Source: Selaginella moellendorffii (Eukaryota; Plantae; Lycopodiophyta). From it: DNA of 64,000 bases. Shown one piece after another: positions 1-11,719 of the stretch (its first letter is position 1; each line of letters begins with the position of its first letter). The notes under the pieces were generated by a model. That model did no database searches. It was given only the letters and a program-made list of their open reading frames with translations, and had not been told where the DNA came from. The DNA lies in contig NW_003314396.1 of NCBI RefSeq assembly GCF_000143415.4, positions 38,895 to 102,894 of the forward strand, given 5' to 3'. Made by a program: the position numbers and the translations under genes.

Positions 1-60
1 TATCTTGATCTCAGTTTCAGTCTTGAACTCCATCTAATACTCCTTCTCAAACTCCATCTT

Positions 61-940
61 GGACTCCTTGTATTCTCCCAGCCTTCTAGCTACTTTTGAG
101 GTGCCATCACACTTGAATACAACTTGTTGTATTCACATTCTATTCATAAAAACCATCTTTGCAAGGGTTACTTCAACACTTGAGTATTTCCAGAGGTTAC
201 TTTGACACTTGTTCTATATGGGCTAATTTTGCCCTTTAGAACTATCCTTCTATATGATAAAAACACTAACTCATCCTTTGAGTACACCCCGTAACTCCTT
301 AGGTTGTTCTGGCCTTTATTAAAAATAACCTCAATACCATTTTAAGGATATATGTCCTCATTCATATTTGACCTCTCATGGTTATTAACTCTAGTCACAA
401 ATTTATGAGCATCATCCTCAATTATATGAGGATGATCCTGCAACTCTTTTATTATTTCAAAGTCTCTATCTTCCCATGATCCCAACTATAGTTATTTACC
501 ACAACCATATTAGCTAGTTTGCTAAATCAAATACTTATAAAGATCACATCCTCAACTCTTTGAGGAAAACTTTCTATTATTCCCAAAATCCCAAAGTCAT
601 TCCTATATTAGCCCCTTTCTATCCACCATACTACCTACCAATTCACACATGAACTAAAGTGGAGACCCATGTCCTCTCAACATACTACTCCTCAAATATA
701 ACCCCACTCATGGGACCTTTAAATGTCAATATCAAATAATGATATACTTGACCACTAATAGAGTTAGACTAAAAAATAGCTTTGATACTAAATTGTAAGC
801 GACTAAATTTTCCATTTTACTTTAGTTGCTTAATTGAACCTTAGACCACTTGAAAGAGTCTCACTCACAACCTCCATAAGTCCTATTCCCAAGTTGAGCC
901 TTATGAGTTGGTCATAGATGGCATCAATCCCAATTATGTG
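61..940 (-). mobile_element. Degenerate fragment of LTR retroelement family B (internal region plus end of the 5' LTR)
   Basis: Reverse complement resembles 63250-64000 and 45400-46300. The LTR end TGTAAGCGACTAA starts at 794, next to a decayed PBS. Confidence 0.75.
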
Positions 941-1899
941 GGAGCTTATTGCATTTTCCCAGCTTTGCCTCTGTTGATTTCCAGGTTCTTTTCATTCTCT
1001 TCAATCCACACCCACTCTACTCCATTTCCATTCAATCATAGTCATAAACTCATCTGTCAATCACATCCTATACCACAATTCAAATACTTGCACTAAAATC
1101 ATTCTATTTTTTCTTTATATACCATCATCTTTCATCATATCCCTTTACATCACTTCATCAAGGCCATCCTAAGATATCAATAGCAGTAGAAATCATGAAA
1201 TTGGATAAGTGGATCAAGGGTTCCAATCAAGACTTCCTTTTATAGAATCTATGGAGTGGACTCATTATCAGCCGAAGACTCCTAGCTAACAAAGTGCAAC
1301 CAAACAACCATAAGATGCATTCTAGAAGCCAATATCAGCTTGCAATTAATTGCTAAATGCCATCACCAACAAGTGATGCTTCCAACAAAAAAGCCATCAA
1401 CCAAAGCTACAAACTCAAATTTAAGGCCATCATCATCTATGTCAAACCACCCACTATCATGACCATTTGTCACCATTTACTCAGCCCCTTCCTTCTAGCC
1501 AATCCATTATAATCTTTCCTTACACCTGCAAATATCTTTGTTGGGCAAAACATTCATATTAACCACCACTCTTTGGAAACTTATAGGGACTAGTCAAGAA
1601 GTTAATAGGGTACCCTTCACAGGTTTTGAAACCTTATAACCATTTGTTGAGGCTCTAGCTTCAACCCTCTCTCACCCTCACATTTGTGTGTTCATATAAG
1701 TGTCAATCCCATTTCTATTTACTCATGTGCAATGAGATGGAATATTCTAAGGATCAGAATATTATTGGCATCTAACTATCTCCACAACACATGAAGCAAC
1801 ACTAGAACAATTTTAGAACATCTAACATCCCAATGCTAAAATTAATATACAAAATAAAGCCGAATAAATTCTAACACTATTTTAGCATACCAACAGCCT

Positions 1900-3620
1900 A
1901 ATGCAAGGATATAGGTTCGCCACCAACTAGTATGGTATGGAGCTTAGAACCCCCACAAGTCCCCCATATAAAAACACACTTTGGGCTTTGACCAGTGAAA
2001 AAGGAAATAAAGTAAGAAGTATTTTTTCTTATTTTGCATTTAGCTAGGCCAGTCCCAAGAGTTACTCTCTAAGGCAATCTCAAAAACTTACTAAATATAG
2101 AATGGTGAATTTGGATGCAGGAATAACACCATCATGTTCAAAATAATGCCTACATTCTGTAGATATGCCTCACTAGTAGATCTAGAAACTTTTTATAAAT
2201 AGCCAATAGAACAAAAATCAGACAGTCAAGGTTCCATCAAGGATGGGGCACATTTTGAAATAGTCTAGAGCATCTTCATGAGCAAGATGCATGCTTCAAC
2301 AGCTTGTATTGGAGGAAGGTCATGCCCCAAGGATTTTGCAAGAGCTACTTGCAAAAGATCACTGAGCAAGAGGAAGACTTATGTGTTGAGCAAGTGCTGG
2401 ATGGAGTTTTCTGTTGTGTCTCCTGGTGAAAGTATCTGGTCTTGAAAGACATTCTAGGGTGCTGGATCAAATGGAAAAATTGGATGGCAACTTGCATGCC
2501 ATGAGTGTTGAGTTGGTGGCATTTTGATCTGCCTTGCTGTCTAACTCTTGGGGAGCTGTGGGCTTCTTTTGAGCCCATGTTGCTGCTGCAATCTGCTACT
2601 TTTGTGCCTGGCTTGCTTCCTCAAGAGTCCTGATCACGTTGATTATAAGCTGGAGCTTTGCCACGATTGCTAGATGTCAATAGTGCTGCTTTGATGGCTT
2701 GTTGCTGTCGTATTTGCTACAAGTGGATGGTTCCAAGGCACAGTGGTCTGTGAAATGTTGTGTGAAAAATGCCACTCAAACACTCATGACACTGCTCATT
2801 GTTGGCATCTTCACCTAGAGCTATGTCCTCCTTGATAGCAGCTCATCTAGAGGCAATCTCTGCTAGAAGTCTTAAGGTATGAATGTTCATCTTGGTCAGC
2901 CATCACAACCAGCTCCTTTAATACCAATGTTATAAAATGCCTAGCCTTCCCTAAAGTATGTTATGCCTCCTCTTGAGGTTCCTCACCACCCAACCAACCC
3001 CAAGCTACCTCAACAGCTCACTGCAATGCCATTGCCACTGTGAATTGTTAAGTCCCTATTCTAAATCCATGTTAAAATACCCTTGAGCTGACCTTTGATC
3101 CACGTTGACCACATGGTCAAAGCTTGCACCTAACATAGGTAAGAAGCTCTGCTACAGTGTGCTATGGGGCAGCCAGGTACTTACAAATATGTCCAAGATA
3201 TTATATCTTAGCAAAAAGTTTTCTTGCAAAACACATCAAGAATCAAACTACAAATGGTGAAGGTGTTCTACAAATATTGCACTACAAACCAGATGTCAGA
3301 AAGAAACACTTGCACAAACTTAGCGATGTAACTCATAAAAATTAAGCTCATTAAACGCATGAAAGATGGAGGAGCATTACTTAACCCAAATGACAGCACT
3401 AAATACTCAAAGTGACCATGTCTACCACAGAATTTACTCTTGGGAACAACTTCCACGTTCACCTTGTGTACTACGATCTGGTTGTATCCACTCCTAAAGC
3501 TGAATTTTCTAGCCCCTGCAAGGCAATAAAAATTATCATCAAGTTTGTGGCATAAGAAATCTAATTTTTACCATCTCCTTCAATGCATAATAGTCAATGC
3601 ACATATGCATCATGTGGCCC
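1900..3620 (-). mobile_element. Old LTR-retrotransposon relics, including a Ty3/gypsy RT fragment
   Basis: 3268-3462 reads GHFEYLVLSFGLSNAPPSFMRLM, a gypsy RT motif. ~1950-2200 (plus strand) resembles the family C LTR at 13300-13560. A PBS-like ATACCAA lies at ~2921. Confidence 0.55.
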
Positions 3621-4324
3621 TTCTTTACAGTAAGCACTCCAACAAGCTTGCCAATAAATTATGTTCACATTGATTTGATAAGAATTGACCGTTGACCTAT
3701 GTTATCAATCCGAGTCAAGTCCTGCAGGACCAAGTAGCACTTGTCCCAGCAGTTCTTCAAATAAGTAGCAGAAATAAGCTTCGTTCAATGTATTAAGAAG
3801 TATATAGCCCACTAGTTGAACTTCTAAGTCCCCGACCATAAAGAGCACAATGCCCGGGACGAACTCAACATTGAGATTGCTTCATGAAGGCCGAATTCAT
3901 TTGGTTTTCCCCTTTCATAAAGGTTACCTAGCACGTTTTTCCTGGGTGTTTTTTAAGAGGTTAGCGCTACTAGGATTACACGCTGCTATGATTAATTGCA
4001 TGCTACTCGCAAAAAATAAATCACAAAACCACGTGCATAATATTTTCTTTACATTTGTTTTAAGAGTATTTATAAAAAAATGCTTCATCACATACATTTT
4101 TCAATAATTCGCCTTTAGGATTGTAACTATATTTTATTTAAATGATATGTATTTGATAATCCTTTCCTGAGTGTGCAAGATAAGATGTTTATCACCATCA
4201 TATAGCATATTAAAACTGGAGGATATGTCAAAAAATTTAACCTATCATTATATAGGTGAACCTGCCGCTAACTTTGAGCCAAGAGACAACTCCTCGGCAG
4301 TTTCTTATTTTATGGCCACATCTT

Positions 4325-5848
4325 TCATGCCAGCTGAATGCCTTCCCATTCGTCTTGACAGCCTTTGATGTGTAACTTTTCCCATTCAAAATGAGCTTTT
4401 GTCTTTTCCAAGTCCTCACAATCTCTGAAAAAAGGATAGTGATTGCAGGGATCGGATGATTGTCCAACAGAGCATGCTGTTAGCTCGCAGTTTTCAAGGT
4501 CATCGCCTTGAATGTTAAGAATGTAAGGACGCAATCCAGCCAGCGCTTGAGCCACGTATCCGAATGTGGAGCAGCTACTGCTAACGAACACGTCACTCGT
4601 ACTTAGAAGCCAAATTTCTACCATGGCATTGACAGCTTGTTCCAAGCTGTCGGTTTGAACTCCGTCACTAGAGAAGGTGTGCACCTCTATTAGCCTTCCA
4701 TCTGCAGTAGGATAGTTCATAAAATTGTTTTTCAACTCTTCATAGTACTTGACTTGCAAGGAAGTAACCATTACTTTGATCGGTTTCTTTGGCTCTTCAT
4801 ATCTAATGGAATTATTCTTGGCGAAGTCTACATTGACAACTGATGACAGTAGTTTGTTCTCGGTAAGGCATTGCAAGATTCGTTCGAGTGAAGGACGATG
4901 AAAAACTGCTGGATCGCCTCTGTGATGCAACCGCACCTGCATACCAAGCTGCTTTCCAGGTGTAGATAAGTATGACGAACGTAGACGAGTAATCTTGTGC
5001 CAAACATGGTTCTGGGGTAACAACAAATATTTACTTAGTTGTGTGAAAGTTAAGGAGACGTCTGGGAACCAGATGGTGAGTCGGATCCAGAACTCGGGAA
5101 ACGTAAAAAGCCGAGGTACATAGTACAAGTTGCTGGCCCATATTATCCATGGTACATCCTCAAGATCGGATCTTGTTTCAGGACAAAAGAATCGCTGGTC
5201 TCCTGTCTCCGCGTTCACCAGGAAAAGGCGGACAATATTACCAAGCTCTGAGTTGTTTATAGTTCCCAGCTTTGGCGCTTTATCAATAAGATGATACGGG
5301 AAATCCTCTGGTAAAAGCCACGAGTGATTAAATGGCTCACAGAGAAGCTTAGACAGATGGCCTCTTCTATCGACAAGGAAAACCCGGTTTGTGAGCAGCG
5401 AGTACATGAACGCCGTGGCTAACGTTAGGAGACGGTTCCCAAGGCCATCAGCTTCAGCATGAACGAGATATCTGCAGTGATCGCGGGGATCTGGATGCAA
5501 AATAGCTTGCGTTAAGTTTCGTCCCAGATAACATCTCTCGTGCATCTTCTCATACTCTCCCAATGCTTTGGATAGTGGAGCTGGAATGGTATGTACTTCC
5601 TTCCATAAATTTTGCTGGAATTCCCTGCTCAAGCAAGTTCTTGCGTTAGGTGAATTTGAGATTGGAGGATTGATGACGAATTGTGCGCTCTTGCCCGATC
5701 GTAGACAGTCTTTGCTGCTCTTATGGGCAATGGAAAGATTTCGAATAACCAAGGTGGGGACCAGCAGGGACGTGAACAATAAGACCACAAGAACAACCTT
5801 TAAAAGCTTCAAATTCAGAAAGATTTTGACGAATGGCATGGCATCCAT
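4325..5848 (-). CDS. FUT: Xyloglucan galactoside 2-alpha-L-fucosyltransferase (GT37), intronless, 507 aa
   Basis: N-terminal TM anchor; GT37 motifs GLGNRLL, GMQVR and AMVEIWLLSTSDVFVSSSCSTFGYVAQALAGLRP. Confidence 0.93.
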   Translation of the reverse strand: MDAMPFVKIFLNLKLLKVVLVVLLFTSLLVPTLVIRNLSIAHKSSKDCLRSGKSAQFVINPPISNSPNARTCLSREFQQNLWKEVHTIPAPLSKALGEYEKMHERCYLGRNLTQAILHPDPRDHCRYLVHAEADGLGNRLLTLATAFMYSLLTNRVFLVDRRGHLSKLLCEPFNHSWLLPEDFPYHLIDKAPKLGTINNSELGNIVRLFLVNAETGDQRFFCPETRSDLEDVPWIIWASNLYYVPRLFTFPEFWIRLTIWFPDVSLTFTQLSKYLLLPQNHVWHKITRLRSSYLSTPGKQLGMQVRLHHRGDPAVFHRPSLERILQCLTENKLLSSVVNVDFAKNNSIRYEEPKKPIKVMVTSLQVKYYEELKNNFMNYPTADGRLIEVHTFSSDGVQTDSLEQAVNAMVEIWLLSTSDVFVSSSCSTFGYVAQALAGLRPYILNIQGDDLENCELTACSVGQSSDPCNHYPFFRDCEDLEKTKAHFEWEKLHIKGCQDEWEGIQLA

Positions 5849-6834
5849 GTCGCTAGTGAACTGCTCTAACTGCTTTTAAGCGAAGGGTGGCTGATATTAG
5901 CAAGGATCGAGCTCCGCTAATTGAACCGCCAACTGCGGTAAAAGAATTGCTACCTGAAAAGATGCTCTTGGGTTGCTGCAAACATTCAATATGTAACAGT
6001 AGTGAGGGTTTCCATCGTTTACAGGAGGTTTATTAGTGAAACACGCTTGACTTAATGAAAACATGGTAGAAGAGGGAAAAAAAACGAGGACATAAGCATT
6101 ACGTGGACCAATGGGAGGGTGAATTTGCGTTTTCTTGCTGTTGCTACAGCCGCCTCTTAGAAAAACCGCAGCTACATCGAATACCCTGACAACCACATGT
6201 GCGAAAATGAAAGTATTTTCAGCTTCAAATGATGGTAAAGAAAGACCTTACTGACCCTAGCACAGATCTCATCAACATGGAGGTAGAATGGCACTTCAAA
6301 TCATACAAATATTGAATATGATTCTAGGAAGCTGCTGTGCGCAGGAGGAAGTCTGGTGGAGTTCTATGTGACAACTAAAAACCTCTCTGAAACTTTAGAG
6401 TGCCACATTCAGACATTGAAGTGCAGGCCTACGAGTTGTTGCAAATGATGAAACAGAGAGCTTGCAATCGATTTCGACAGGTAAATATTTGACTGGGAAA
6501 TTCATGGGTCATGGCAGTTAATCAATTTTATTTTTAAAAAAAAATTCGAGAGCAAAAATTATGTAACTATGCGCTTCAAATATCATAACTTCAATAAAAG
6601 ACACCTGTTAACGTTGGTCGCATTAGTTAGTCGAAGGAACACTAAGCCTGAGGAATTCATTGTACATGACCACAAGAATTTGTGAAGTCCCCTGGTGATG
6701 ATCATGATATTGCCGGCAAGCCTATTGTTATAAGGAAGAAGTCCTTTGCCCGGACGTACAAGATAAGCAAAGCATCTAGTATTAGACAATGTCTTAACTT
6801 CTGATGTGGAGCTTAGAAAGAGACTTTTCCATAC

Positions 6835-9385
6835 TTAGACATCATATTTTGTACGAAGCATTTTAAACTGTACGGTGGGAGGACCAACAAGGCCGTGCAG
6901 ATGTCTGACATGACGTGTCATTTTGGTTCCTTTATTGAACCGAGTTTGAGTCCATTTTTCTTTGGGCAGCCACACCTAAAAAGAAAAGCCTCTTACAGAA
7001 AAGCATATAATTCATAAGCAACCTGAGTGGAGCTCGTTCGTTTGAAATATGAAGTCTCTGTTTGGGTGCTGTCTGTGAGTTTGTTCTGTAGTTCCAAGGC
7101 CCTGATTTATTCACAAAGATTGAAGTTGCTACAAATAGTATCACAAAGATTTTACCTTTCGTAAAACGCCTCATCGGTCCAGCGATGAGGCTGGCCAATG
7201 TGAATGGCCGTTTGAGTCGAGAATTCACAGGAAAATGGCTCACTCAAGAGATCAATGATCTACAGCAATATAGTGAAATATTGTTTTCTTTCACAAAGAA
7301 GACATACCTCAGAGATTGCAAGGGATAAAAGTTTTGGGCATTGCTGAAGCCGCAAGAGGTGAACAAGCTGCGGCATTTTATGCACCACGTTTTCTACCGT
7401 CCTAAGAAACAGTGAAGGACTTCTTGCAAACCTAGGTATCAAATATATCAAAATGTTATCGATTTTCCTTTAACTTACTCCCTTAGATCCTCTTCAGTCG
7501 AAAATGCAAAAAGCTTTTCTTCGAACTCAACCAGTCCAACGTCTGGATCACCGTGAAGAAGAAGGCCACGGTACTTTGCTAATGTGACAGGGCAATATCC
7601 GCCAAGGTGGATTTCTCTTTCACTTTCAAATGCCGCATCAATCTCGCAACTTGTGAGCACTCTTCCCTCCCCTTCATTGGAAGATCCCGCCTTGATGCTT
7701 GACAAATAGAAAATAAATCTTGTTATAGGAGCACAGATTACCAGCTTCAGGAACTTACAGGGCGTCGTTTTCGTCCCAGGTCACATTGTACAAATCCTTC
7801 TGTAAAAATGTTGTGTACATAATCAGAACCTTGAGCTTTGCAAGACCAAGAGGGGAATTTTTCCAATCCGTATGATAGTTTATCGTCCATCCCGTTTTCT
7901 TCCAAAGGTTTGCAAACCCTGTTGGAGTACAATCGAACTGAGGCTCAGCAGCCATTGATAAAAAAGGAATGCAAGCCCTTTGATGTGCTCGAAGCAGCCG
8001 AAGCTCCTCAAGCATCGACTTGTGCAGGTTTCCCAATGCTTTAAATTGCGGAAAAACCTGGACTCAAACTGTCAATACATATAAGATTCATTAGGTATCA
8101 TACTAGTTCAGTTGCTACACAGGGTCGGTCGCTGATAATGTCGCAAAGGACATTTAGCTTCCATGAGAACTGGTCCATCAGATCTGTTACGAAAGCAAAT
8201 CTTTCGTCCAAAAAGGACTGGAAATCTTCAAGAATGGCAAAAGCCTGGAGGTGGTAATTAAGCTCGTCTCGTAGTCTTTGAATAAGTACGTGTTGTATTC
8301 CAAGAGAGTGAATGTGAAGTGTAATGGCACTAGCGGAGACGTGAGTTCTCTCGTTCAAAATTTGAAGAAGCTGGAGCACTTTTTCGCTTAACATTTTTTT
8401 CTCTTGCTTGTAGAGGTCAAATGGGAGGCTAAGAGTTTTTCCGCCTTTTGACAGATGCCTAAGAAAACTGAATAATAACAAATGACTTGGAAACTCAAGC
8501 CTTACTTGTTGTAAATGCGAACACCTTGTATAACGGCCGCTATATCTACAACTTGGCGTTCCTTTTCTGCTGAAGGAAGATCCATCCAAAACAAGCAGCT
8601 TTCTTGAGGGAAAATGCTTTTAAAAGTTGTAGTTATTTCGGCTTCCATCTCTTCGGTTACATCCACGTTGTCCGCAATTTGCCTCCCACATTCCATCATA
8701 TAATCGAGAATGCGGCCGTGAAGCAACTCCACTGTCTTGAAAGTTTCTCTCATGTCAATGACCTGTAGTACACTGAAGGGAGGGTATGCTGGATCAGAAA
8801 TGATAGCAAACCTGTATTTGAGGAATATCGGCGAGAATTGTTTGCAGCACCTTTGCTTCATTCACTCTTTCTTCAGCGCAAGCTTTCAACTCCAGAAAGG
8901 CTGTTGCTTGAGCTGTTATCTGCAGAAGGGTGCCCTTTTTTGGAGCGAGAAGAAAGTTTCGTACCTGTAGCCGAATGGTTTCTAGAGCTGGACAGTTTTC
9001 TTGCGTGCAATTGTGTATACAATGCTCCAGGAGGTCCATATAATCCTTTCCATCTTCCATAGACAGTCCTAGTTTGAATCTGCGTTCTACGTTTTACAGG
9101 TCAGCGACTAAGGGTCCATGGACTATACCTTTGTGGAAATTGAACAGCTGCTGCTCTCACTTGAAAACAAGCCAAATGCTCGAAGAACAAAGGAACTTTT
9201 TTTCCCGTTGTGTAATGCCTCTCTTTGGACAAGCGAATAATATCCTGTATGGTGGCGTGCTCTTTCTCACGCTCCGATGGGTTTCTTATGCTTGGACTCG
9301 ATCCACGCGAAGATCCGACACTTCTGCCTCGCCTACTGGACCAAGCTACTGGAGAATTTGCCCTTTTTTCCGTGGAATTCGTCAT
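6835..9385 (-). CDS. CFAP206: Cilia- and flagella-associated protein 206, multi-exon (span from ATG to stop; not all exon borders resolved)
   Basis: Exon peptides IQDIIRL..LACFQV, PALETIRLQV, GYCPVTLAKYRGLLLHGDPDVG, PQLVHLLRL, EFSTQTAIH, DSTQTETSYFKRTSSTQ and VWLPKEKWTQT..HLHGL, separated by short GT-AG introns; stop TAA at 6837-6835. Confidence 0.85.
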
Positions 9386-10789
9386 TGTTTGCAGGGATCA
9401 CAGCATTTTAACTTGAATCAGACCCCGAGATTTCTACGATTTTAAACCTAACTGCTACCTCGGCAGCAGCGATTCTCGAGCTGCGCCTGGTCATGAATGT
9501 GACGCTCCCTTTTATGGAGTCTGCATGCGAGCTAAAATACATTGAGACCAAGGTGCTGTTCGAACTATTTTGTGATTTCTCTTTGGGGATACCGAGGCTG
9601 GTGATAGCAGGGCATTATGTAGTTGACCGACCACAATTTTCTTGACTGAACTTGAAGAAACAGAACATTTTTAGTTTTCATAGCTACAACTGGTTTTTAC
9701 GAATTGGAAACTTCAGCTGAGCTGGCAAAAGAGTAAGCACAACCACATCAGCTTCGTGACAATGCTCTAGAACTGAGCCTCCATCGTATGTAAGCCTATA
9801 GGAAGTCGATCTCCTCCTTCACTGTATATACACCGGTGTGCTCACGTTTTGCATGAGATCATAGCCTTTGTGTGTGCTTTGTGCTGTGGGACTCCAGCTT
9901 CATCAAGTCACCATGCTCATAAGCAAGACCCTCGACAACTTTTTTCACCGTCCGTTGTAGCGGCCCCATCAATCCATAGATGGATTTGAAGTAGGCCATG
10001 TGGCCGATTTCTGTTAGCCGGAAGCGTGACTTGTAGTGGTTTACGAGTATGCCTCTGGCCAAGCGTATGGATCGAAACAAGGATCAAAACACCAAGATCA
10101 AAGCCAAGTCCAAAACAACACGTCACCAACTGCGCTGCCCTCCAGCCACACCCTGATCTTTGTCTCTCGTTCCTAGTGCCCGCTACTACCATCCACTCCA
10201 AGAACCCTATACCCTTTGGCATAAGGGCTATACCTCTCCATGTGGACCAATCTGACACCTCAGATGGTTCTAGCTCCAAACCAATCAGCTAGCCCAAGCT
10301 GTGGCGCACCACACATGTTGGTTCCGAGTCTCCCGGTTCTGCCAAAGCATTGAAGTGGCCTGTGCCACCTAGGACAGGGATACAGTCAAACTAGCCATGA
10401 TTTGCCCATGTCATCAGCAAATTTTCTGCCAGATGGCCTGTAGTGTAGTGAGTCCCTCCAAGAACTCAGAAGCACAAAGTCAACTAGCAAGGAATCCTGC
10501 TCTGCTGGAATAGATAGGAAATCTGTTACATTGGTGACATGAATCCTAGAGAATTTCCTTGTACAGAATGTTTTTTGTACAGACATAATGGTTCTGGAGC
10601 ACACCTTGTCCCTCACATTGTTCAATGGACATTGTAATTTGTTTCTTTGATGTTCCCCTTGAAAGTGCAACATGGCTGAAAACTGGTCTTGGCAAGTAGA
10701 TATCCACTTGCTTATAGGGAATTGTGGCTGTTCGAGGATAAATGGCATGTCTCTGTCAGTTGGTTTTAAAGAGATTCTTAGTAGAAGGA

Positions 10790-11717
10790 ATTTATTTCCT
10801 TAAGTAGAATTTCAGCTTCTAAAAGACCCTTGGTTATAATTCGATTAGCACCATTACAGAGACCTTTTTTAGTGTCAATATTGCATAACAACATTACAAT
10901 CCATCCAATTTTTATGTGTACCTTGTGCAGAGGCATTCCAAATGGTGTTACTGAGATTAAGATTCTACAGGTTAGACCAACATCTCTTTGTCTAATTCTG
11001 TTTCTATGATGTCAATGCTTCTATATGTTATTGTTCTGCCAGTCATTTTCAAAAGGACTTGGTCATTCACTTGTAGAGAGAGATCATTTAAAGTCATGAG
11101 AATAGCTTTCTGTGATAGGTTCAGGTCATTTGGTTGTATGTGTTTTCCAAACACATCATGTATCAGTTGTTCTCTAGTGGTGGATATTAGAGGTAATTTT
11201 ATAACTTCCTGGTTGAGTCCTTGAAGGCTAGGTAGGTTACCATTTCCAAGCCATACAAACCATCTGGACCATTCCTTTTCTTCAGAGTTCACCCTCATGT
11301 TTGTGTGTAATGAGAACTTTACAAGTTTCCACCATATCAGTGAAAATTTTCCAAGCAAATTTAACAAGCAAATTTACCAAGAAAATTTTCCAAGAAAATT
11401 GTTCACCATTACTGTTTTGGACAATTTATGTGGGCAATTTAAAACGGGTAATGTCTGTCTGAAATCCCCTTCTGTTATTAATGTGATGCCACTGAAATCT
11501 GTATCACAGTTTTTTATGTCACGCAAGACCATCTCCACAGCTTTAAAAGCATGAATGGGTACCATGCTTATCTCATCCTATATGAGCAGTTCAGCTCTCC
11601 TTATGACCTTGGCATGTGCTAAATTTGTTAGAAGGTTTGAGGTACATATTTCTGTGATTGGCACTAGTAGCTTAAATGTTGAATGAGCCATTTGGCCTCC
11701 TACAAGAAGAGTACTCA
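10790..11717 (-). pseudogene. Helitron PIF1-like helicase relic
   Basis: DEISMVP, GDFRQTLPV, LHTNMRV, LGNG, AILMTLN, YRSID and GLCNG motifs, broken by stops and frameshifts. Confidence 0.85.
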
Positions 11718-11719
11718 CT

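Noticed and set aside
9780-10750. Short ORFs upstream of CFAP206
   Set aside because: No recognisable motif; may be a decayed TE, but I cannot support a call.
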